Assembly (NCBI GenBank): GCA_965207375.1
Contig: CBDBMG010000002.1
Coordinates: 704,001-768,000, forward strand
DNA length: 64,000 bases
DNA from: Nitrosopumilaceae archaeon
GTDB taxonomy: Archaea > Thermoproteota > Nitrososphaeria > Nitrososphaerales > Nitrosopumilaceae
Direction of reading: 5' to 3'
A program made the translations under genes and the position numbers. The notes below the pieces were generated by a model. That model was not told where the DNA came from. It saw only the letters and a list, made by a program, of their open reading frames with translations, and did no database searches. Shown piece by piece: positions 51,203 to 64,000 of this stretch. Each line of letters opens with the position of its first letter. The stretch's first letter is position 1.

Positions 51203-52395
51203 ATGGCATTAAACTGTATATCTAATGATTCAAAGTACTTTACTTCTCTTAATTATTCGTCACGAAAACAATATTTGGAAAAGTTGAAGATAAACGGGTA
51301 AGTTTTAAAAGACCCGTATAGTATTGATGAAGTGAACTGGTCTGAAGATATGACGCAGTGGCCTGAGCTGCAATTTGGCGATGTCTATACTAACTTGATA
51401 AATATGGAAGGGCAATTCACAAAAGAAAAGCTAAAGGCGTACAAGTCTTTAGATGCTTATAACTACTTTTACAATGGCTATGTACGTACTGTGTTTTTTG
51501 TCATTCTGGAGATTTTAGCACTCTCAAGGCTAGAGTTAATCCCAGTCAGAAAGCACCTGAAAACAGTCATAAAGCCTGGATCATAATCAGCATGAAAGAT
51601 GGATCAGTACAGACAGCACACTGCACATGCATGGTTAGGTAAGTCTGCAAGTAGCTCAAGCTGGCTTCTGTATATTGCAGTCATTTTTTCATTTTTAGGC
51701 TAGGGGAAGTTTGTAGTCATGTTGCTGCCCTCCTATTCAAAGTTGAAGCAGCGTGCAGATTAGGTTATACTAATCCATCAAGAACGTCCTTGCCTTGTAA
51801 ATGGAACCAGAGCTTCAAGACAGAGGTATGATTATATGTTGGGCAATAGACTATTTTAATGTTAATGTCATACACTTAGGTAACTCCAGCAGAATTATTT
51901 GATATCAAATTTATCAAGCCTAAGCACAGCATAAATATTGATCAGCAAGACAACACAAATGTTTTACCAGCTAAAAGAATGAAAGTTATTAGTGATCCAC
52001 AGGATCTTCCCAAGATCAATGCAGAAACACTGTATAACAGTATATATGAGTTGGTGCCAAATGCCTGTCTTTTTACTGTTATGCCTGTTTTAGAGCAACA
52101 GCAAATTCATAGATCCTCAGAGCGAGTAATGACAACTGAACTAGTAATTGGCCCAGAGCAGGTAACAACAACTGAACCAGCAACTGATCCAGAACAGGTA
52201 TTGACCACTGAACCAGCAACTGACTCAGAACAGGTATGAGCCAGAAACTGACCCAGGGCAGGTAATGGCAACTGAAACAGGAACTGATCCAAAGCAGGTA
52301 ATGACAACTGAACCAGGAACTGACCCAGGGCAGGTAATGACAACTGAGCCAGAAACTGACCCAGAACAGGTAATAACAACTGAGCCAATAACTCT
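51203..52395 (+). pseudogene. 5' half of the SWIM(-YqaJ) gene
   Basis: DPY..W....WPELQFGDVY..L..LKAYKSLDAYNYF; SWIM AHCTCM|LGEVCSHVAALLF; TSLPCKW; short introns; YqaJ domain absent. Confidence 0.8.
52121..52395 (+). repeat. 36-bp coding minisatellite (~8 units, QVMTTEPxTDPE)
   Basis: CAGGTAATGACAACTGARCCAGRAACTGAYCCAG units; one unit has a deletion that shifts the frame. Confidence 0.9.
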
Positions 52396-53600
52396 GGACA
52401 TCGCATCTATCCATTTATGGAACAACTGTGATACCCTGTTGTGGGTTATGCCAAATCTGTAGGCAAGGTCTTCATTGGTAAGAGCTAGTCTCAACTTCAT
52501 TAAAACTAACAAAAACTGGTCTTTAGGATGTAATCTATGACTTGAATCTTTAGACATTACACTTAATAAAAGATTTAGTAATGTGATGAACAAAGCGTAG
52601 CTTGGAAATCCAGGTTTGCTTATCATCTCCTTCCATTCTTGCTGAAGGACTGCTGAATTTATTTATGTCATGTTTAAGCATTGCGATTAGCTGTTGTGAT
52701 GAAAGACTCTGCATTACAGACTCCCATGACTTAGAGTCAATATCTGTAACAACCATTTTATCATACTTCGTAACAGAAGTACCTTGTGTATCATCAGAGG
52801 TGATGTTACATTGAATTTCAGCATCATACTTTGGGGTATGAACATCCTGTGCAACACCAATCATGTTTGATACTACTTCATCATTAATCCGAAGCACAGT
52901 ATCAGTTGCTTCACACTCCTCTGTGTCAGTATTTTGTTCAGAGGTAGCAGCATTTTGTTCAGAGTTAGCAGCATTGTCAGATGGATTACACAAACGTTTT
53001 GTTCTTATGTTGTCCTGATTCTTGCGCCTTCTTATCAGTCAGTTATATCTAGCTTTCTTTTCAATATTAGATTTGGCACTGGTGGTGGAAAAGGTAAAAA
53101 TTGACAGTACATAATCCGGATCATCTTTTGACTTAGCTGGCTCTCCTGTGGAAAACATGTACATAATAATACTGTTCATCCTGATAACCATAACAAGGTA
53201 CATCATCACATCAGACCAAATCAAGTAACTGAATAGACAGTCCATAATCAACAGGTCATCATTTGCGACTAAAACACATTATACATTAAAATCAATATGG
53301 CTCTCTAACAAGCACAGCTCAGTAGAGATGGAGGGGCGCTCAGCAAAAGTCAACAAGGTACTCTTAACTGAGAAGCTAAGCCACACTATCGTTCATTTAA
53401 ACATTACTTTGTATCTTACTGTGTATAAAATGAGTGCTACAAAGTCTGGAATGTGACTTCGGTTCCCATTTATCACGCCGCATAACTCTAACCCAAAGGC
53501 TTCTCCTCTTCGGGTCTTTAGGAAATCTGTAGAATTTTACTAAAGGATCTTTTTTGCTGTAACGTTTAGTACAGCCAACTGCGCTACAACTAGAAGGCAT
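52396..53600 (-). pseudogene. 5' half of the THAP-HTH transposase gene
   Basis: THAP: CSAVGC..FYRFP..W..LCSTHF|GEP..PDYV. HTH: DQFLLVLMKLRL..DLAYRFGI. DDE domain missing. Confidence 0.85.
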
Positions 53601-53743
53601 ATTGACGCACTACCAAATTATTCTTTTTGCCCTACAAAAATGGTGAATCATGAATTCACGTGATTTTTATATTACACAATATTAGTCACGCCCACAAATT
53701 TAAGGCGTCTATAGATGGGAGAATTACAAACCTATGTAGCTAG

Positions 53744-54446
<703 letters not shown>

Positions 54447-57301
54447 TGTATCATTGTCTTTGTTAATTCTAGTGTTTAATTTATGATCTTACACTGTTAA
54501 AAATGGTTTGTTCTGGTAGCATAGCTATAATGGTTTACTATGGCAGCATGCACAGCTACTTTTACCTGATCTTTTCATCTTTCACTGAGTATAGCTACGT
54601 ATATACAGCTATAGCTATATATAGTGTAAATTTGCCTGACCATGCAACCAAAAGTTGCTTCCTACACCCCTGTAAGCTGCATGTATAGCTATTGATGCAC
54701 GTTTCTTCATGTGTTTTATTTGTGATCCTCGCATGCACCATGCACTACTTCATCTTAAATCAGCTTGCCTGTGTTCTCTTCAATTATGTTATTTATGCAT
54801 GATAGCTATATCAGTGTCAAACTGTAGCTATATTTATCTTTCTTCATGTATTTCATTTGATATCCTGGTAGCACTTGCTTGCCTTAAATCGGTTCTCTAT
54901 ATAGTACAATATGTTATCGCTGGAGCTATATAGATAGGTGGCTATATGTATCTAGTTAACACACCTTTCTTCAAATGTTTCATTTGTGATCCTAGCAACA
55001 CTTCTTTGTCTTAAATCTGCAAGTCTGTGTTCTCTACAATTATTATTATAGCTAGCTAACATCATGCAGAGACCCTATGTGCATGTACACTTATTATGGC
55101 TATAGTTATAACTACCTACTTTATAGGCATCATTTGAAAGATATAGCTACTGAGCTATAGCTATAAGTACCTTGTACGAGGCAATTCTTGTGTGCACCTT
55201 TGCGCAGCCCAATCTCTAAGATCAGCAAGCCTCTGGGATCTACGAGTGTGAGATTCATGCTGCCTGTGATCCTTCTTCGTTCACGATTCTGTTGTCTTCT
55301 TTCCTCTCTTTGCTGTTCGGTGGGACGATGACGGTGTTGTTGTGAACATGTTGTACTGGACATTATTTAGCTAACTTGCTATAGTTATAGAACTTATACA
55401 AGTCTTACGGTGCCGCTCCTAGCTGTAGTTAATTATAACACTATTGTTATACGTAGCTATATGAGCTCACGTATACCTATGCATAGATATAGCAAGTTCA
55501 TTATTGTCAAATACAAAATAATATGGCTATATATACATGCATGCAGTCATGTACTGTGTATACAAGTTATAAGGCTGCCAGCTTGACTTGGGCGACGGGT
55601 GAGTTCAGTGATGGAACGATCAGTAGCTATACTGGTGGCAACGGAGACAGTCGGCTAGTTTCAACAGCTTGAGCGCACGCCTCACGGGGACTATCCACTT
55701 CCATTGCAGACATATACATACAAAACCGCAAATAGAGCACGATTATTTGCCTCACGCTAATGCGTTCAGCAATTAAATCGTGCCACCATAATTAGGGGCA
55801 AGTCTATCTTGTATAAGAAAGGCCATTCTTCTTAGAAGACATAGCAAACCATACCTATCTAGTTATTAGATTTATGAAAACTGCCATTAAATTCTGTAGA
55901 ATTGTTTGCAAAATATCTAGATGATGGATGATTGGATGAGAATAATTCAAACTTCAGTAGAACTTGGGGACTGGGAGCCATCATTTGAGGAATGACAGGC
56001 TGCCAGCAATATTACCCAAATCCAGCATTTAATATGGTATTGACTACTGCCGACAAAAAAGCAAAAAATGTTGCTCTCCTGAATTTAAATCCTGATCTAA
56101 ACAGCGTTAACATTGCAGCAATCATGTTTTTTCATGAAAACTGTCAAGAACCATCCAACAGACCAGTTTACAGTGATGCTAGGAACTTCATGTGATGCTG
56201 CAGGAGGTCTGTTTTTATTTTCATGAGTTTCCATTCGCATACTCATCTGGGTTGTTACTTAGACATTTGTCAGCATTGGCTTATTAATTCTTTAATGTAT
56301 GGTAATTTGTCTTAGTCCATTTCGGACATTCTTCAAAACTTGTGTGTCTGCAACTAGACTAGTGTTAGAGCTTTTATTATCCTTCGTTAAAGAAAGAAAT
56401 AGAGTGGAAAGGCTCGTCAGAGCGTACAAACTATTATCTACAAAAGTGCCACGCCAGACTCGGAGCTCTCCGATTTGAAAAGCGCCTTAACATATATTAG
56501 GCACTTAAAAAGTGTCAGCAGCCAAGCTTCAAGATTTTAGAATGATGGACAGCATCCTAATTATCAAACTACCTAACCATACACCTCTCAAAACTACCTA
56601 ACCATACACCTCTCATGAAGGTGATGGATCATGTGCTGGGATTATATTTTATACATGCAGAAGAAGTCGCTATGATGGATCTGGTGGTCTGAAGTCTGCT
56701 TTATGCATAGAGTAGCTAGCTGTTAGGTTTAGGAGTATAGCATAGCAAGATCAATGTAGGGCTGAGTAGGGTCATTATAGATAGATAGGTTTAATTTAGT
56801 TTCGTGCTTCCAATGAAGGCACACATAGCTACCTCTCTCTCACACACACTTATATAATGTAGATTATACATTGCCATAGCTGGTTTTTGACCACAGTCAG
56901 CTGGCTACCAGCTGGTCAAAAACCAGCTTGGAGCCAGTAAGATCGAAAAGAATAGAATAGAATAGGAAAGAGTAGCAAGGCTCACCCCACTATACGACTT
57001 ATTGGCATCAAAAGTTTTAACGCCAAAGTGCTCATCCGCGTGGCCTATACATTTTAAGTTTTGTAGGAGCCATAGGACAAATTACCTACAGTGAAATAGT
57101 TACAATACAGTTAAATGCAAATAATGTTTACTCATGCTTACTATCATCTATGCATCATGCTGTTCTTCCATTCTTCGATCAGGATCTTTGCGAGCTATCC
57201 TGTAAGCTGTTGTATCACCAGTTACACTAAGATATGTAGTTTACTTGAACTTACTACATATGATGTTACGCTGCTGTACTTCCATTCTTCTCTCTAGACT
57301 A

Positions 57302-57836
57302 CCGTATGGCCAGAAAATTTGACAGGGAATTTAATTTGATGGTTTAACGTTCATTACACCTATCGTCAAATTAATATCCGTCAACATTAATGTTCCGGAT
57401 ACTAGTGTTTTTCCAAGAGAACTAAAGTCAAAGTGGCGCTCTTAAAATTACCTATAAATGTGTAGGCGCTTCAACTGAAGAGGTTAACAGTCGAGTAAGC
57501 AAAGTTATACAGTCAGCGAGTTTGTCTGCCAGGTGCGTTTCTCAAGACTACCTTTCATCCACAAACGGCATCCTACTGTCTGCCTTACCAAGCGGTAAAC
57601 ATAGTGGCCTCTTTACGTAGCTCTGTATTCTAATATTGCAGAAAACATGGTAATATTACTGCACTGTAATGGCTGGTGATTGCCTTCGTATTCACTTGAT
57701 AAATAAATTATTGAGGCAGAATATGCGCGGCACACGTGCTGTCATTTCGTCAAATTTAAATCCGTCATATTTTCAAAATGCGATTTGGAGGCAATTTCGT
57801 CAAATTAAATTCCCATCAAATTTTCCGGCCATACGG
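57302..57836. mobile_element. Tc1/mariner-pogo-type MITE
   Basis: TA|CCGTATGGCCAGAAAATTTGA ... TCAAATTTTCCGGCCATACGG|TA; CGTCAAAT repeats. Confidence 0.85.
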
Positions 57837-58838
57837 TATGTAAGCAAATTTGTTGATGAGCCACTACATCGCGTTGCCTTTCCTCTTGTCTCCTTTCTGG
57901 ATTGTCCACATAAAGTTGTATTCAGGTGGCTGAATTGTGTTCCTCAAAATTAAACATGCCATCCTTCTTTGCTAACTATAAGGGATGATTTCAGGTTGTC
58001 ATTTTTTTCATTGCAGACTACCTTTAACATGCATCCTCAGCTACCCTCTAAACAAGTGTAAAATCACTTTAGAAACTATCATCAAAATTCTCAACTGCTA
58101 TGTGCTTCTTGTTGTACATTAAATACAAATTATGCTAAGCAAAAATAGCTTGAGGCTATCAAAAAGGGCGCAGCCAAGTAAAGTAGAATCAGTAGGTAAA
58201 AGCAAAGATTGATATCACGTTGCGGTCAAGTAGATATGAATATTGCCACAATCAAATTATTAAAACGACTAGTAGGAACAAGGAATGATATCAAGTAGCG
58301 TAAGTTCGCGATTATCGAACAGACGATTATCGACACTCTATTATGGACTGGTATACGGGAAACGTAATCAAGAAGTTCCGGTAAAGTGCGCTAAAACTCT
58401 CGTAATCATTACACATTTTTCTGACCAGCCGCTTCGATAATCTGGCGAATGTTTTAATAGAGTACTCGGAGTAACACGTGGCTGTCCAGGACCTTATCGA
58501 CAGCAAGATAGACTGTGGTGATCTAGTACCGATGGAAGGGTAAAGGCACGGCGATACAGGATTTTGGGCATAGGTAAGTGTATTATTGTCTGTGCTTAGC
58601 CATACATAGTCGAGGCGCGTAGCGCTCTAAGCGGGTTTAGCCATGCTTATGGCTTAGTATGTCGTGCGTGTTTCGCAAACCTTAGTATACCTATGATGTA
58701 TTTATAAATCATTTCATAATGTCTTGTTTCCAATTGATGCACACCCACATGTTAAAGTACCGCAGTCATATTAACAGCACTGATAGAGGAGATCCTAACA
58801 ATGTGATCTTGATACAAAGCAAAAACCAGGGGTGTAAA

Positions 58839-59101
58839 AAAGTGTGAGGCCAATCATAAGCAGAATTGCAAACAGACAGGTGCAACCAAAAGCTTTGATA
58901 TCAGCTGAGGCCAGGAATAAGTGTACAATAGTTTATTGCATACTTTCACAAGTATGATTGGCTTTGTCACGTTGGCCACCTTTATAATAGTTTAGGTGGA
59001 CATGTAACAAAGCCAATCATTCTTGATGTATTCAGCTGATATCAAAGTTTTTGGTTGCACCTGCCAGTTTGTAATGCTGCTTCTGATTGGCCTCGCACTT
59101 T
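58839..59101. repeat. ~260-bp imperfect palindrome (foldback)
   Basis: GAGGCCAATCA..CAGGTGCAACCAAAA..TTTGATATCAGCTGA is mirrored by TCAGCTGATATCAAA..TTTTGGTTGCACCTG..TGATTGGCCTC. Confidence 0.85.
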
Positions 59102-60091
59102 AGATAGTGATGGTAAGTGTTCAAGCAGTGTTGTACATATCCAGAAATCTCCATACATTATGCGGATATCCGGGTGTATTATTAGAGTATATTTTAAACA
59201 ACGTTAAACAAGCACGAAACAATGATTGATATACTTAAGGCAGCCTAGTATACCTGAAATAACTCCATTTTCTATGATTTGAATCTTGTAAAGTAGGTTT
59301 TTGGGCTTTCATTTTATATGCATGCGTAAACGAGCACACTAGCTGTACCTTTGAAAGGGTGCAAGCGCCCTCGCGCTTACAATGTAGTACAAGTTCGAGT
59401 GTGGTTCCAGCGAATTCATTTTATGGTATGTACGTACATTACAAATAGTATGAGGGCTCCCTGGTAGCTAGTTTTTTTTGCCTAATCCTGAGAGTGTACT
59501 GGGCCCAAGCATAGCTACGAGTCTGCTATACAATCTATGGCCCATGCGAACCCCCTTACCCTATCAAACTAAGTTGATAGCAAAGAGCTGTAGCTTGCTA
59601 ATATGTATTACGCTTGCCTGCTTAGGTGTGTGGCAGTTTAGAGATAAACAGTGCTATTGATGTGGTCAAGGGGGTAAGGAGTCATACAATGTGATAGCAG
59701 CTCAGGGTACTGCTAGTACACTGAAGTTTGTTGTTGTTGTCATTGGTGTTTTTGTTTATCATTGTTAGCATAGGCATGAGAGTGGTAAAATGTCTCTGAA
59801 GTTTACTCCCAGGAAGATGTTTGTAGTGGGGGCCTACTGACGGAAATTCTCGCAAAACCCTCTTCATGAATTTACAAGGTATCGCATATTTCACTAGATG
59901 TGCCCCGCTGTGCTGTTTTAAGTTCATTGATACGCTAGATTCAATCATACAGAGTTCATCTTGTATATGTACATTAGGATGAAGAAACTGGAGTGTTTAA
60001 GCCTGATCCTCTCAACTATGTGTGGTATAGACGGATAAACAACAGTTTTGTTAGGCAAGTGAGGCTCTTATTTGTGATAGATTGCATGCTT

Positions 60092-60237
<146 letters not shown>

Positions 60238-60553
60238 TTCGCTTTATATTAATAGTGTTGAAGTGTGCCTTTATGAAAGCCTGATGATAGAAGGTTTATA
60301 GCTTAACCACGAGTTCTCTGTATTAAATCTTTCTTCATCGCTAATTTATACTTAAACTGTAGTTCTCTTTGGCACTGCATATATGGTACACCTAATACTT
60401 AAAATCAAGTTCTTATTAATGCATGCCATCACTTTTATTCCATCACTTGCAACTGCTTGTGTAACATCATACGTAAGTATACATGCATTTTGCATTTTAT
60501 ATTTAAGTCATAAATGGTACAATGCATAAGTAACACTACAAAATTCATCAGAG

Positions 60554-62944
60554 TTATACACATCTTGGACAGATAAAAGGCTCGTTAATATTATAACTGA
60601 TACAGTCCTCGTGAATCCACTGTTTGCAGTGGCATTCTATCCAATCTCCCATATCATAGTGCACCTTCTGAAACGATTGCATACATATGGGACAGGTATC
60701 GAAATCTCTTGTGTCTTTTACGGTAGCCTTTCCTTTACCCTTTCTTGTTTTCTCATTTGTTGACTTTACAGAAGCTTCTTGTGTAGGCACCTTTTTCGAG
60801 CCAGTAACCTTCTTAGTGGTTGGCATCTTTTGTGCCTTTTTCCTCTCCCTCTCTTGCTTTCGTTTCTCTTTTTCCAAAGCCTTTTCCTTTTTTTCATCTT
60901 CTTTGTCTTGCATGATTTTTATGGCCTCCTCACTGGTCAAGACTCTAGCTCCGGTGATTCTTATCTGCTTTTTTTTCTGCTTTGGAACCACCACAGCCTG
61001 ATGCAAGTACTTAGAAATGTAGTTTCCAGTATCTTCTGGTCCCCCTGGTTTTGAACCATAAGATCGTGATCTTTTTCTTGGTCTATTTAGGGCTTCATAC
61101 ACAGTGCTGTAATTAAGAATTATTTTGTCGGACTTTGTGGACTTGTCAGGTTGTGAGGCTGTAGTAGTAGCCGGCACCATTGAAGATGTAGAAACCTCTG
61201 TAAGCCATTCACTTGGGACATCATTGGGATGGTTTACCATTAGCCATTTTACATAGTCCTCATCATAGATATCATATCCCTCCTCAAACCGCTTTTGGTA
61301 CAGTTGCTCATTGGCATCTCCTCCCTCCTCTAAGGCTATGTCACTTTGCTGGCTGCCATGGGGTACCATCAAATTATCACCATGCACTGAGGTGTTTTTA
61401 AAGCCTTTTGATTTTGTGACACCTTTAACAACACATATATATGTATCTAACATACATAGTTATAGCCTTTGTTTGGAGATACCTTTTTCTATTTTGTTTA
61501 GACGTGTTATCCAATCATTTGGAGTTTCTTTTGGATATTTCTTTAGGAGCCATCTAGCATAGGGCTCACTGTAAATGTTGTATCCTTCTTCGTATCGTCT
61601 ATTGAACAATTCTTCGTTTTCCAGGTACTCATCACTGCAGGCTTCCACGTCACTGCTGTCAGAGGAGCAGTTGCCATCGTAGTCAATGACATCATCATGA
61701 ACGTCATCATTTTCAGGAGGATCAGAGTCACCATCTATGTAAGTATGTACACATGTAGTGTTTAGTTGAATATATTCTATTTAATTACCTGTGAGAAGAT
61801 CATCATTTTCAAGGGTGGGCCGCACTTTGTCTCTATTAAGGGGATAAATGCCAGCATTCCTAAAGCCTGCACAAATATTGCTTGAAAGCATAGCATTCTC
61901 CCATGCCTCCTTTAATAGTCTTGGGAAATTATATTTTGTAATCTGTACCCCAGGGTTTCTTGATTGGAACGTATGTGTAGCCTTATTCCACTCTGTTTTT
62001 AATGGCTTAAACACGCACGTATCCAGGGGCTGGGATACGTGCGTAGAATGGGGGGGAAGACAGAAGATTATCACTTTGCGTTTTTTAGCTTCCTGGCAAA
62101 CTTTAGGCTGATAATATGTCTTGTGCCCATCTAAGATCAGTAGGAGTGGCCTGCTGGATACAGCATGCGTTAGGAAGTGATTGTTAAACCAATGCTCAAA
62201 TAGATCAGTGTCGATCCACCCATTTTCACTGCGAGCATATTTTGTACCAGGGGGCCCATCTTTCATCCATTCTGGATTCAATGTTTTGGCATTGTATATT
62301 ACATAGGGCGGGATGGCCTGACCGATTGCATTAACACAAGCCACTAATGTTGTTTGAGCCTTATTTCCAGATGCACAGTGTTCGTAAGCCATCCCAGTTT
62401 CATCGACATTGTAGATTTGAGCAGGTTTGTTTAGTAGGTTATTGTCTTTCAGGGTTTTCTCCAATAAATCAAAGTAATGTTTAATTGCCTGTGATGTAAC
62501 CGCATCCATCTCATTTGCAGCAGGATCTCCCTTGCATAGTGAAAGGTAGGTCTGTCTTTTCATAAATTTTTCATACCATCCTTGAGTAATTCTATCCTTC
62601 TGCAAGATGCCTTTATCCTTTGCAACATTTTCTGCTATTGTCATTATTTGTTTCCTTGTTTGTCCACAGCCGACAGAGGCAGCTTCAATTGCAAACTCTG
62701 CTAATTCTGTTTCCTCCTCCACACTCAAATACTGCTTAGGCCCAGGCTTTACTCCATGTACGACTTTTCCCTTTATTCTATTGTGCAAAGATGTCTTTGG
62801 CACACCGTGTACCCTTGCTGCTGTTGTAATAGGCGACCCATCTTGTACGGCTTTCATTGCATCCAACATTGCCTGCTTTGACCATTGTAGTCGCTTCTTG
62901 AAGGGTCTCTTGGGAAGTGTATCGCATTTAGATTTTGACAGCAT
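60554..62944 (-). CDS. pogo/Fot1-type transposase (HTH_psq, CENP-B HTH, DDE_1, PHD-like tail); 3 exons, probably defective
   Basis: AARVHGVPKTSL, YNVDETG, LLILDGH, QPLD. Introns 61788-61735 and 61482-61423 restore a continuous frame. C-terminal CPIC..WIECHCKQWIHEDC..CPRC. Apparent in-frame deletion after DETG. TIRs not identified; the start codon may lie upstream. Confidence 0.85.
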
Positions 62945-64000
62945 TCTGCTTTAGTTTTAACTGAATACAATTGTTGATGTTAGCTTATTTATACTGTTAT
63001 CACATAATGACATTGGCATAATTTCATGCTTAGTCATACTGTGAATAATATTGTGGGGTATAAATGAGTGTGCATTGTCATGCCATAGTATATTGGCATG
63101 CATATGAATAATCTTCTATTACTAGTGCATATTCACCTTATTAATAATATTACTGGCATAATTTTATGCATTGTGGGCTATTGGCATAATAATATTATAT
63201 CATGCATTGTCGTATTAGCTACTAGGTGGTAGCCTTGTGAGAATAGTATGGGTTTCATAAGTCATACTGTTGTATAATACAGGCTGTGCCTTCACCCCCA
63301 TATTATATTAATAACTATATAGTGAGTCATTAGTGACATACGCCGGTAGTAGAATTTGCAAGAGTAATGAACATGCATTCAAGGCGCATGCAACTGCATT
63401 AATATTTTAGAGCTTGCCAAAGTCACCGGATATCCAGAAGACTATCAACTGGTCACTGAGCAGTGATTAGTGATTAAACATTGGGTGCCACTAAAGAAAG
63501 TTAATAGCAAGTATGCTATGGTACTCTAATAGTTTAGTGCATTTGTTTTTTGGAGAGGGTGTGATACAGCCTGAGCCATAGTCACTGACAGTGGCAAATA
63601 TTGTACAAAAATATTTATTAGTGATGGCGATGGCTTCCAGAGTACTTGGTTAGGTTAGTCTACGAGACTATACGTTTTTGGCGACGGTTCAGTGTTGAGT
63701 TCCAGTGGTTACTGTTACGCTTCAGTTTCCTCTCCGGCTATAGGATGTGTGAAAGACACAGCTGAATATATAGAGATATAATAAACGAAACAGCGCACAC
63801 AATCAGTAAGTTTCAAACCTACAATCGACAATCCGGAATTTTTTGTGGACATATACAAAACATCCAAATTATTGTCAGCTTAAAAACTTGAAAACCATTT
63901 GTTGATATACACAATGCATTGCTGTGACTGCATTTGATACTAACAATGTGCATATTGAATAATGTATTGCAATGCATCACAGTTTTGATCCTATCTCTAA

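Larger units (their letters stand above)
51092..53710. mobile_element. ISL2EU-type element with a central deletion
   Basis: ~87-bp TIRs AGACGCCTTAAATTTGTGGGCGTGACTAATATTG; AT TSD; the 5' halves of two convergent genes meet at ~52396. Confidence 0.92.

Noticed and set aside
52121-52395. 36-bp repeats of CRISPR-like length
   Set aside because: The units are contiguous with no unique spacers, encode a 12-aa repeat, and have no cas genes nearby; this is a coding minisatellite.
54491-58100. Possible CACTG-ended element and degenerate ORFs (55130-55363, 55900-56300, 57120-58090)
   Set aside because: I found no matching second terminus and no recognisable protein motif, so I cannot support a call by eye.

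Overview
AT-rich eukaryotic DNA, most likely from an invertebrate animal. The ~50-60 bp GT-AG introns and the element spectrum suggest a sponge-like genome, but that is inference. The window is almost entirely nested transposable elements, and I found no intact host gene, rRNA, tRNA or CRISPR array. Main contents: a decayed SAM-HECT gene facing an integrase-type C-terminus; a near-intact ZMYM1/Tip100-type hAT (8-bp TSD); a decayed Ty3/Gypsy element that hosts a hAT MITE, which in turn hosts an apparently intact two-gene ISL2EU element (THAP-DDE plus SAP-SWIM-YqaJ); a MULE whose gene has multi-exon Ulp1 protease sequence upstream of the transposase; a second, internally deleted ISL2EU; a pogo/Fot1-type gene; many MITEs, foldbacks and Helentron-like (HINE) repeats; and a three-exon SART3-like RRM fragment. 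Two observations stand out. (1) An 8.1-kb TSD-bounded unit (41418-49508) has three TAGGGTTTCCAA ends and a CxxH-type DDE transposase fused to a Spindlin-like Tudor domain. (2) A HINE-like family ends in a ~156-bp palindrome whose two arms share copy-specific indels. All domain calls are by-eye motif recognition; no database search was run.
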